This document shows, one piece after another, positions 18,532 to 26,039 of a DNA stretch of 64,000 nucleotides (positions within the stretch are counted from its first letter, which is position 1; every line of letters begins with the position of its first letter). The notes under the pieces are model-generated. The model saw nothing but the letters and a program-made list of their open reading frames with translations. It ran no database searches and was not told the origin of the DNA. The stretch is from Bacteroidota bacterium (GTDB lineage: Bacteria; Bacteroidota; Bacteroidia; Bacteroidales; FEN-979): positions 2,875 through 66,874 of the forward strand of contig JBAXLI010000015.1 of the NCBI GenBank assembly GCA_037134895.1, written 5' to 3'. Position numbers and translations under genes: made by a program.

Positions 18532-19845
18532 TCACTTCAGCTTTACCGATCCTTCATACATTTGAAGTTTTACTGCAGACGCTGTATTCTCATCCCCTCC
18601 CTGGGTTACACCCAGGTATTCGAAGTCTTCGTCTTCCTTATGATATTTGATTTCCCTGAATGCCGACTTAGGATAATCGAAGCTGGTGTATTTCATTTCG
18701 GCATCAAGCTTGTAGGGGGTGCCGTATTCGAAGAGCAGCTCGAGTTCGGTATACTTGCTGTTAATACTGATCCCTGTGAATTTTTTGCCCACCTGCAGCA
18801 CGGTGATCTTGTCTTCGAAGCTGTTTAGGAAATTCAGGTTGCCGTCGAGCCGTGAAATCCTGTAGGTGCTGTAATTTGAACTGGCTTTGAGGTCCCCTGT
18901 TTGCTCACAATTGAATTTATTTTCAAAGGAAGATGTAAACACGATAGCTTTACAGGAAATGAATTCCACTGAACTGTATTTTGCCGCTATGGCGATGATG
19001 TTCCCGTTTCCGGCTTTTAACTTGCACTCAAACAGGTCAAAGGTTGACTTGTTGAAATCGGACAGGTTCAGGGTAGTGTATTTCGCCCTCACATTGAGAT
19101 CTCCATGACGTTTCACGGTGACCTTGTCTTCATAGGAATCAATATTCAGCGAACCGGCAGTACCGATTTCGTTTTCGGAATACTTTGAATCGAGCTTGAT
19201 ATTCCCTGCATGCCTCAGCGTGAGATTATTCTCGTAAAGCTTGAGGCTGATATCCTGAACAGAGTCTATTTCGGTTTTCCCGTATTTCGCGGTGATGTCC
19301 CCGCAGTTCGGAAGCTTTCCGGCTGAGAAGTCAGTCTCGTACAGGTCGAGGATGATCTTTCCGTCCAGGTCTGGCAAAGTCGCGTTTTCATAAGCCTGGG
19401 TAAGGTTCAGCGCATTGCTTTTCGGCATTGTAAGAACAAAGGAAAGATCGAGTTTAGCCAATTTTGCAGTGCTGCCGTCAAGAAAAGTGATCTTAAACTT
19501 TCCGGGGATCATCCCGTTCATCATGCTATAGAACCTGGTGTTGAATTTCACTTTGTCTCCATCCTGAACGAAGGCCATTTTTTTAATTTCCTCCAGGGCT
19601 TTCTGCACCTGTTCTTCGTCCCCGTCGACCGAGATTGAAACGTCAACTTTAACAGAGTTTTTCTCCCAGGTTTCCACCTTGAGAGCGCCGAACTTGTTCT
19701 CAAATATGATCTGTGTTTCTGGTTTGACAACCCTTTCGAAAGAATAGGTTTCTTTTCTTTCTTTTAATTCGCTGGCGGATGTCATTAAGGGGAATGCCAG
19801 GCAGCCCAGCATCAGCAGGCTATAGAATATGCTTTTCGTTTTCAT
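18532..19845 (-). CDS. Secreted beta-strand-repeat protein (DUF4097 / putative adhesin-like), third gene of the ECF sigma operon
   Basis: Signal peptide [26 protein letters not shown]. The body is long, repetitive and beta-rich. Its position after the sigma and membrane-protein genes matches the common sigma / anti-sigma / DUF4097 arrangement. Confidence 0.55.
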   Translation of the reverse strand: MKTKSIFYSLLMLGCLAFPLMTSASELKERKETYSFERVVKPETQIIFENKFGALKVETWEKNSVKVDVSISVDGDEEQVQKALEEIKKMAFVQDGDKVKFNTRFYSMMNGMIPGKFKITFLDGSTAKLAKLDLSFVLTMPKSNALNLTQAYENATLPDLDGKIILDLYETDFSAGKLPNCGDITAKYGKTEIDSVQDISLKLYENNLTLRHAGNIKLDSKYSENEIGTAGSLNIDSYEDKVTVKRHGDLNVRAKYTTLNLSDFNKSTFDLFECKLKAGNGNIIAIAAKYSSVEFISCKAIVFTSSFENKFNCEQTGDLKASSNYSTYRISRLDGNLNFLNSFEDKITVLQVGKKFTGISINSKYTELELLFEYGTPYKLDAEMKYTSFDYPKSAFREIKYHKEDEDFEYLGVTQGGDENTASAVKLQMYEGSVKLK

Positions 19846-20458
19846 ACTTTTTGTTCTTTTCGATTTCATTCAGTGTTTTTTCAATCACCCTGATCTTTAA
19901 TTCATAGCAGCGGATAATGCCTTTTAATATTTTCGGCTGGCTGCCGAGTTCATGAAGGTCGCTCATGTAAGTCTGGTACTGCTTGTCTATCTGCTCCAGT
20001 TGCTGCATCATTTCATAATAGTTGTCGCGACTGGCCCCTGATTTTTTCACCTCCTCCATTTTCTGCAATACTGTAAGCCTGAAAAAATTCTCCTCTTCTC
20101 CCAGTTGCTTCGATACATTTTGAAGTGAAAAACTGAGTTCTGAAGTCTGCCTGTGTTTTATTACCAATGTAGCGGCTACGCCGGATGATATCAGCAGAAG
20201 AATCACGGCTGCGGCGCTGAGCAAGCGGATCCTCAGCCTCCGGCTTTTATTAAGCTCTGCTGAAATCCCTTTCCAGATCTTCTCATCATCAGGAACCTCC
20301 ACATCCTGCATCCCGCATCCCGCATCCTGCATCTTGCATCCTGCATCCTGCATCCCGCATCCCGCATCCTGCATCCCGAATCCCGCATCCTGCATCTTGT
20401 ATCTTGCATCTTGTATCTTGTATCTTGCATCCAACATCTCTTCAAACTTACTTTTCAT
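19820..20458 (-). CDS. Single-pass membrane protein (putative anti-sigma factor) with a heptamer-repeat-encoded N-terminal tract
   Basis: The start overlaps the sigma gene's stop region by 11 nt. The TM segment is [22 protein letters not shown], followed by a coiled-coil-like C-terminus. Residues about 7-53 are the periodic tract ...[33 protein letters not shown], encoded by the 7-bp array. Confidence 0.6.
   Translation of the reverse strand: MKSKFEEMLDARYKIQDARYKMQDAGFGMQDAGCGMQDAGCKMQDAGCGMQDVEVPDDEKIWKGISAELNKSRRLRIRLLSAAAVILLLISSGVAATLVIKHRQTSELSFSLQNVSKQLGEEENFFRLTVLQKMEEVKKSGASRDNYYEMMQQLEQIDKQYQTYMSDLHELGSQPKILKGIIRCYELKIRVIEKTLNEIEKNKKYENEKHIL
20301..20440. repeat. 20-unit tandem heptanucleotide array (plus strand GCATCCY/GCATCTT/GTATCTT; coding strand RGGATGC)
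   Basis: Parsed unit by unit from 20301 to 20440 in a single 7-nt phase. Every unit carries ATG or ATA on the coding (minus) strand. Two ORF-track entries (19820..20458 and 20233..20445) read through it in different frames. Confidence 0.95.
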
Positions 20459-21005
20459 ACACCTTTTTCATTAGCGATTCCTGAAGCAGGCTTACAGCCC
20501 TCCGGTATTGAGATTTCGACGTCGACTCCGAAATCCCCAACATCCCTGCGACATCCGAATGCCTGTATCCTTCGAGAAGGTGAAGTACGCATACCACTCT
20601 TGCACCTTCGGGAAGACGCAGGATAGCCTGGTGGATCTCATCCGCCGTGATATCATCAAAAGAAAACTCCGGATCCGCAGCATCCGCCATATCCTTATCC
20701 TTATCCTCAAACTCAACGAATACCGGTTTTTGTTTTCGTATATGGTTCAGGCATTGGTTGACAACAATCCTTCTCAGCCATGCACCCAGGGTACTCTGGA
20801 AGCGAAACGAGGGAAGTTCCCTGAACATCTTCACAAAAGCCTCCTGCAGAAGGTCTTCAGCTTCGGATTTGTTCGAAACCATTCGCAAACATAGGTTGTA
20901 CATGGTACGGGAATATTGCTTGTACAAACGATACTGGGCCACACGGTCGCCCCGGATACACGATCGTATAAGTTCCTGGTTGATATCCGGGATGTTTGAC
21001 TCCAA
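20448..21005 (-). CDS. ECF-type RNA polymerase sigma-70 family factor
   Basis: 185 aa. Region 2 is [41 protein letters not shown]. Region 4 is [40 protein letters not shown]. Confidence 0.9.
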   Translation of the reverse strand: MESNIPDINQELIRSCIRGDRVAQYRLYKQYSRTMYNLCLRMVSNKSEAEDLLQEAFVKMFRELPSFRFQSTLGAWLRRIVVNQCLNHIRKQKPVFVEFEDKDKDMADAADPEFSFDDITADEIHQAILRLPEGARVVCVLHLLEGYRHSDVAGMLGISESTSKSQYRRAVSLLQESLMKKVYEK

Positions 21006-21171
21006 TTCCGTGTTGTTTAATGAAAAGACACCTGTACTATGCGAAAGTTGGAATTAAAGGTAAAAAATCTTTTTCTCCGGAATACCGTTTAAATTACTTG
21101 TAACTCAGGAGACTTTATAACGTCCTACATTTATTCAATGATTTCACAATATTCAAAACAATAGTTGCCTT

Positions 21172-22374
21172 ATGAGAAAATTCACAGTTTCGTTTGCCAT
21201 GACTGGCTTGTTAATCCTGATGATGTTGACAGTTAAAAGCTTTGCTCAGTATACAACAATCGAGGGCGCAAAGGATTATATCAATGACAGACTTTCGCAC
21301 TCTATAATCCAGAAGGTTGATTCTGCCGGAACCGTGACTATCAGTGCCCCTGGTGAAAAAATTAAATTCAGATTACAGGATGTCTCCTTTAATTATAATG
21401 GTGGAAATAATGATGACCGTGTGAGGGTTTATTGTGATAATTGCATAGAGCATTATGAGCACAAAGAGCTCTCTGAAAAAACCAGCCGGCAGTCATTCCT
21501 GTGTGAATCAGAGAAAGAGGCTTATGAAGTGATCAATGCTTTCAGATATCTGAAAAAAATGACTGCCTCGAACAAAAAGGGTGTAATGACCTATGGAAAA
21601 AAATTGAAAGTTATCGATACAACATTCGGTACAAAAAGCATAGGAGAAGCCATTGATTTCATCAACGACAATCTGTCATTTTCGATGGTTATGGGCATAA
21701 ATGATGAGGGCCTTATGACAATCAATGCTCCTGATGAAGTATTCGAAATTGATTTGAGAGAAGCTGAATTCGGATATAATGATCTCGAGGATGCCTCGAA
21801 AGTGAGGATTTACGGAAATTTCTGCATTGATGTCAAGAACAATCACGGGAAGAAAGAATACCTTTCACGTAAATCATTTCAAACGCCGGGCAGGGTGAAA
21901 GCGTTTAAAGTTATAACAATTTTATACTACCTTAAATGCACTTATAACAATACGGATCCTTCGACTCTGTCCATATTAAAAAATCTTGGTAAAACCAGGA
22001 CCGAAGCTTACAAGAATACTACGGAAGCCATTGATTTTATCAATAGCCGTCTTTCTTATTCAATTATTATGGGGATCGATAACAGCGGGAATCTATCGAT
22101 TAACTCCCCCGATAATATATACGCATTTAACATTCATGATGTGAAGATGTCTAAAACAGATCACAGTAATCTGAGTACCGAATGGTTCAGCATACCGTAC
22201 AAACTTGAATATACACCTGGAGTTTTAATGGAATGCCAGGATTGTATTAAACAGTATGATGCACCAGGGACATTTCATACAATGCGTGAACAGGTATTTC
22301 AGTGTGGGAGCATGACAGAAGTGAAGGATGTGCTCAAAGCGTTTGCATATATTCAGGCCCTGGTAAAAAAGTGA
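21172..22374 (+). CDS. Secreted protein built from three copies of an unrecognised ~125-aa module
   Basis: Signal peptide ...LTVKSFAQ. The three modules start AKDYINDRLSHSIIQKVDSAGTVTISAPGE, IGEAIDFINDNLSFSMVMGINDEGLMTINAPDE and TTEAIDFINSRLSYSIIMGIDNSGNLSINSPDN. Each ends in a Cys-containing segment and an AF(R/A)Y(L/I) helix. Confidence 0.6.
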   Translation: MRKFTVSFAMTGLLILMMLTVKSFAQYTTIEGAKDYINDRLSHSIIQKVDSAGTVTISAPGEKIKFRLQDVSFNYNGGNNDDRVRVYCDNCIEHYEHKELSEKTSRQSFLCESEKEAYEVINAFRYLKKMTASNKKGVMTYGKKLKVIDTTFGTKSIGEAIDFINDNLSFSMVMGINDEGLMTINAPDEVFEIDLREAEFGYNDLEDASKVRIYGNFCIDVKNNHGKKEYLSRKSFQTPGRVKAFKVITILYYLKCTYNNTDPSTLSILKNLGKTRTEAYKNTTEAIDFINSRLSYSIIMGIDNSGNLSINSPDNIYAFNIHDVKMSKTDHSNLSTEWFSIPYKLEYTPGVLMECQDCIKQYDAPGTFHTMREQVFQCGSMTEVKDVLKAFAYIQALVKK

Positions 22375-22382
22375 GGGATCTC

Positions 22383-23732
22383 TTACAGTGTAATAATAAA
22401 GCTTGTGCTTTCGGCGGATGACTCAAGGTGTATATATCCGTGGTGCAGCCTGAGGATCTGGCGTGAAAGGCTCAAACCAATGCCCGAACCATTGTCTTTC
22501 GTGGTAAAGAAGGGGATGAAAATCTTTTCCTGCACATCTTCAGGGATAAAAGGTCCGTTATTGCTGATCCTGATCACCGGACGGTTCTGACGGGAGAGGT
22601 CAACCCATACTTTGATCTTCCTGTTTTCAGATATGTCTTCCAGGGCCTCCATTGCATTGTTCAGTATATTAATGACAACCTGGGTGAGGAGTTTTTTGTC
22701 ACCGGGAATATTCGTGATCCTCGATTCAATTTTCAATTCATGCTGAATATTCAGTTTTTCCATCCTTTCCTTTGAAAGCAGCCAGATCTGGTCAAGCCAT
22801 TCTTTCACCGGGAAGGGGGCAAACTCAGGCTTCGGGATCCTCGTAAGTTTGCGGTAACTGTCGACGAAATTGACCAGCCCTTTGCCCCGTTCTTCAATGG
22901 TATCAAGGCCCTGGATTACGTTCTCGATGGTTTCTTCATCGACTGTTGAGGGATTGACAGGGTTTCCTTCCTCGAGAAAAAATCTTCTGAGAGTCCCGGT
23001 AAGCGAAACTATAGGCGCTATGCTGTTCATGATTTCATGGGTAAGCACTCTGATCAGTTTCTGCCAGGAATCGAGCTCTTTCTCATCCAGCTCATGCCTT
23101 ATGTCCTGCAGGGATATGAGTTTAGACACTTTCCCGCCGTAATGAATCTCCTTTGAACGGATTAGCAGGTTGATCTGGGAATCCTTGCTGAACTGCTTGA
23201 ACGAAGAGGCCTCACCGGGTTTGATTGCTGCAAGCAAGGTGAAAAGTTCCGGATTTCTCATTGGGATCAGGTGAAGCGGAGTGAAAGAAGGGATACCGGC
23301 ATAATCAAAAGCCTTGTCATTCATGATCTCCACTTCATTATCCTGGTTGATGGCCATCAACCCGGTTGCTGCATGCTGGATAAACGTCCTGAAATATTTC
23401 TCAAGGTATTCATTCTGCAGCTTGATCTGGTTGATCTGTTCGTTCAGCTCGGTAAGGCTTTTATAGAGATGACGCAGGGATTTCTGGCGGATCTGGGTGG
23501 GAAATTTCAGGGATGAATCTTCGTTGCGTATCGCTTCGAAAAAGAAGGCGATCTGACGGTTCGACTGGTTGAAAGTGTAAATTATGGAATAGGCTGACAC
23601 AGGCACAGGAAGCAAAAACATCAGGTACCAGGAATCCATATGATAAGCTGTTAAAAATCCTGCCAGGAATACTGCAATCAATATGACTGCAATATGTATC
23701 ATTGCCCTTAGGGTGACATGTTTATAGCCCAT
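22383..23732 (-). CDS. Sensor histidine kinase with two adjacent TM helices and no periplasmic domain (NtrB/AtoS-like cytoplasmic part)
   Basis: TM1 is AMIHIAVILIAVFLAGFLTAY, the loop is HMDSW and TM2 is YLMFLLPVPVSAYSIIYTF. A PAS-like region follows. The H-box is LIRVLTHEIMNSIAPI, and the HATPase boxes are NILNNAMEAL, NNGPFI and GSGIGLSLSRQI. It overlaps the regulator gene by 11 nt. Confidence 0.85.
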   Translation of the reverse strand: MGYKHVTLRAMIHIAVILIAVFLAGFLTAYHMDSWYLMFLLPVPVSAYSIIYTFNQSNRQIAFFFEAIRNEDSSLKFPTQIRQKSLRHLYKSLTELNEQINQIKLQNEYLEKYFRTFIQHAATGLMAINQDNEVEIMNDKAFDYAGIPSFTPLHLIPMRNPELFTLLAAIKPGEASSFKQFSKDSQINLLIRSKEIHYGGKVSKLISLQDIRHELDEKELDSWQKLIRVLTHEIMNSIAPIVSLTGTLRRFFLEEGNPVNPSTVDEETIENVIQGLDTIEERGKGLVNFVDSYRKLTRIPKPEFAPFPVKEWLDQIWLLSKERMEKLNIQHELKIESRITNIPGDKKLLTQVVINILNNAMEALEDISENRKIKVWVDLSRQNRPVIRISNNGPFIPEDVQEKIFIPFFTTKDNGSGIGLSLSRQILRLHHGYIHLESSAESTSFIITL

Positions 23733-25095
23733 ATTTTTTCATTTTTTTGTACAGGGTGGTACGTGAAATGCCCAGGTTTTTAGCAGCAATACTTAAACTC
23801 TGGCTGTTGTTTTTTAGTTCATTTTCAACCATGCGTTTTTCCATTTCTTCAAGGGTGAGGTTTTCTCTGCTCACCGATTGAGATGACTGGAATAGGTTCA
23901 GGTCTTGTGGGGAAATTTCCCTGCCTTCGCAGAGGATCACCGCTTTTTCCATGGTATGCTGCAGCTCCCTCACATTCCCCGGCCATTCATATTTCCTTAG
24001 CCGGTCTAAGGCTTTTTGTTGCAACCTTACGCAGGTCTTTTTGTATTTCAGAGCATATTTGCTGATGAAAAAATTGGCCAGGATCTCAATATCCTCAGGA
24101 CGTTTGCGTAATGGAGGAAGTTCGATCTGAATGGTATTTATCCTGTAAAGCAGATCCTGCCTGAACTGCTTGTCCTGCACCATCTGCAAGAGGTTTTTAT
24201 TTGTAGTACATATCAGCCTGATATTTACCGGCAGTTCCTTGTTTGAACCGACAGGGATTACCACCCTGTTCTGAAGCATATTCAGCAGTTTCGACTGGAG
24301 ATGGAGAGGCAGGTTGCTGATCTCATCAAGAAGCAATGTCCCTTTATCGGCAAGAGCGATTTTCCCGGTACGTTCTTCATATGCGTTGGTGAATGAACCT
24401 TTGGCGTGCCCAAACATCTCGCTTTCAAACAGGCTTTCGGCTACCGATCCCAGGTCAATGGCAACCAGGAGTTCATTATACCGTTCCGACTGCCGGTGGA
24501 TCTCTTTGGCAATAAGTTCTTTTCCTGTGCCGTTCTCACCCGTGATCAGGATGTTGGCATCGGTGCGGGCAACTTTTTTCACAAGGTCAAGGATCTGTTG
24601 CATGGCCGGAGAAACACCGATGATCATCCGCTCATCCCGGTTCATCTCGGTTTTGAGATCCTGTTCTCGTTTTATCAGGTTCCCCACAGCCTGGTTCGAT
24701 CTGCGCAGTTTTAAGGCAGCTTTAAGAGTGGCCAGGAGTTTTTCATTTTCCCAGGGTTTCAGAACAAAATCTGCAGCGCCTTCATGGGTGGCTTTGACTG
24801 CAGTTTCTATGTCGCCGTATGCTGTAAACATCACAACCTCAACATCAGGTTTTCTTTGTTTGATTTCCCTGAGCCAGTACATCCCTTCATTCCCCGAACT
24901 TTCGCCTGCCTTGAAGTTCATATCGAGCAATACTACGTCGATTTCCCTGCCCTCTATCTCATGAGGCAGGGTATTGGGGTTTGAGAGTGTGATCACCTCA
25001 AGGAAATCGAACTTCAGGAATAAGCGCAGGGCATTAAGCACGCTTTTATTATCATCCACAATCAGTAAGCGGCCTTCTTTAATTCTTTCATCCAT
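23722..25095 (-). CDS. Sigma54-dependent response regulator (NtrC family enhancer-binding protein)
   Basis: The REC domain is LLIVDDNKSVL...VVLLDMNF...KPW. The AAA+ domain has Walker A (ITGENGTGKE), an ESEMFGHAKGSFTNA loop (a GAFTGA-motif variant) and LLLDEI. The C-terminal Fis-type HTH is AAKNLGISRTTLYKKMKKYGL. Confidence 0.9.
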   Translation of the reverse strand: MDERIKEGRLLIVDDNKSVLNALRLFLKFDFLEVITLSNPNTLPHEIEGREIDVVLLDMNFKAGESSGNEGMYWLREIKQRKPDVEVVMFTAYGDIETAVKATHEGAADFVLKPWENEKLLATLKAALKLRRSNQAVGNLIKREQDLKTEMNRDERMIIGVSPAMQQILDLVKKVARTDANILITGENGTGKELIAKEIHRQSERYNELLVAIDLGSVAESLFESEMFGHAKGSFTNAYEERTGKIALADKGTLLLDEISNLPLHLQSKLLNMLQNRVVIPVGSNKELPVNIRLICTTNKNLLQMVQDKQFRQDLLYRINTIQIELPPLRKRPEDIEILANFFISKYALKYKKTCVRLQQKALDRLRKYEWPGNVRELQHTMEKAVILCEGREISPQDLNLFQSSQSVSRENLTLEEMEKRMVENELKNNSQSLSIAAKNLGISRTTLYKKMKKYGL

Positions 25096-25298
25096 AATCT
25101 GAAAAGTTTATACCCCCAGGCGGCATTCTCCTCCAACTGAACTAAGTACGATGGAAGGTTTTGGCGCAAAGAGAGTGTAATATATCTCGTAAAAAGTTTT
25201 TAAATGTACAGAAAATTAACACCAAACTGTTCAGTATGTTTACAAAAAATCACATGAAACATATTATAAATAGTTATAAATCAATCATATAAAATTTT

Positions 25299-25314
25299 TG
25301 GCATAAATTTTGCA
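25299..25314 (+). promoter_or_regulatory. Sigma54 (-24/-12) promoter: TGGCAT-AAATT-TTGCA
   Basis: The sequence tTGGCATaaattTTGCAa matches the TGGCAC-N5-TTGCW consensus with exact GG/GC spacing. It lies 32 nt upstream of the ABC ATPase ATG (25346), next to a divergent sigma54 activator gene. Confidence 0.65.
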
Positions 25315-25345
25315 ATAGTATGTATCAAAATTAAACAATATACCA

Positions 25346-26038
25346 ATGATAAAAACAGTAAATCTAACCAAACGGTTTATCACCGACGAGATCGAAACCA
25401 CTGCACTCAACAATGTGAGCATGGAGGTTAAAAAAGGCGAATTCATTGCCATTATGGGTCCTTCGGGTTGCGGCAAATCAACTTTGCTTAACATCCTTGG
25501 AATGCTTGATAATCCAAGTGACGGCAATTACATCTTCAACGATGTTGATGTTTCAAAATACAAGGAAGGGAAGCGAACCCAATACCGCAAGGGAAACATT
25601 CAATTCGTGTTTCAGAGCTTTAATCTCATCGACGAACTGAACGTTTATGAAAACGTCGAGCTTCCCCTGCTGTATCTGAAGAAAACAACAGCCGAGCGCA
25701 AACAGATGGTAACCGATATCCTTGACCGGATGAAAATCGGTCATCGCAAAAAGCATTTTCCGCAGCAACTGTCGGGTGGACAGCAGCAGCGTGTTGCAAT
25801 TGCCCGTGCAGTGGTACCTGGCCCTCAGTTGATCCTTGCCGATGAACCAACCGGTAATCTCGACTCGAAAAACGGTATAGAGGTAATGAATCTCTTATCT
25901 GAACTGAATAAGCAGGGAACCACCATTGTGATGGTGACCCATTCGCAAAGGGATGCAGCATTTGCTCACAGAATTGTCAATTTGTTTGACGGACAGATCG
26001 TAAGTGAGGAAGTCGCCCATAGCCAGCAAGCCGTATAA
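25346..26038 (+). CDS. ABC transporter ATP-binding protein (MacB/LolD-type NBD)
   Basis: Walker A is GPSGCGKST, the signature is LSGGQQQRVAIARA, Walker B is LILADEPTGNLD and the H-loop is VTHS. 230 aa. Confidence 0.95.
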   Translation: MIKTVNLTKRFITDEIETTALNNVSMEVKKGEFIAIMGPSGCGKSTLLNILGMLDNPSDGNYIFNDVDVSKYKEGKRTQYRKGNIQFVFQSFNLIDELNVYENVELPLLYLKKTTAERKQMVTDILDRMKIGHRKKHFPQQLSGGQQQRVAIARAVVPGPQLILADEPTGNLDSKNGIEVMNLLSELNKQGTTIVMVTHSQRDAAFAHRIVNLFDGQIVSEEVAHSQQAV

Positions 26039-26039
26039 A

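Noticed and set aside
20301-20440. Heptamer arrays as CRISPR or as a coding low-complexity domain
   Set aside because: The units are 7 nt with no spacers, so this is not CRISPR. The same kind of array occurs in clearly non-coding positions, so the repeat is primarily a DNA-level feature.
20233-20445. 70-aa alternative-frame ORF ([20 protein letters not shown]...)
   Set aside because: It exists only because a 7-nt repeat is open in all frames, and it ends shortly after the array. I treat it as a by-product of the repeat rather than a gene, although it illustrates the frame-switch potential.
24314-24964. Long antisense shadow ORFs: 24314..24964 (+, 216 aa), 27564..28295 (-, 243 aa), 50894..51574 (+, 226 aa), 47780..48322 (-, 180 aa), 8634..9143 (-, 169 aa), 11185..11679 (-, 164 aa), 35584..36072 (-, 162 aa) and similar
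   Set aside because: Each lies entirely opposite a gene with strong family motifs. Each has a Ser/Arg/Leu-rich, motif-free translation typical of antisense frames.
26004-26039. ORF-track start of the TolC-like gene at 26004, overlapping the ATPase
   Set aside because: The ATG at 26040 gives a clean signal peptide (MKCQTNILLLFLLAFSC...) and starts 1 nt after the ATPase stop. The upstream 12 codons overlap the ATPase C-terminus.
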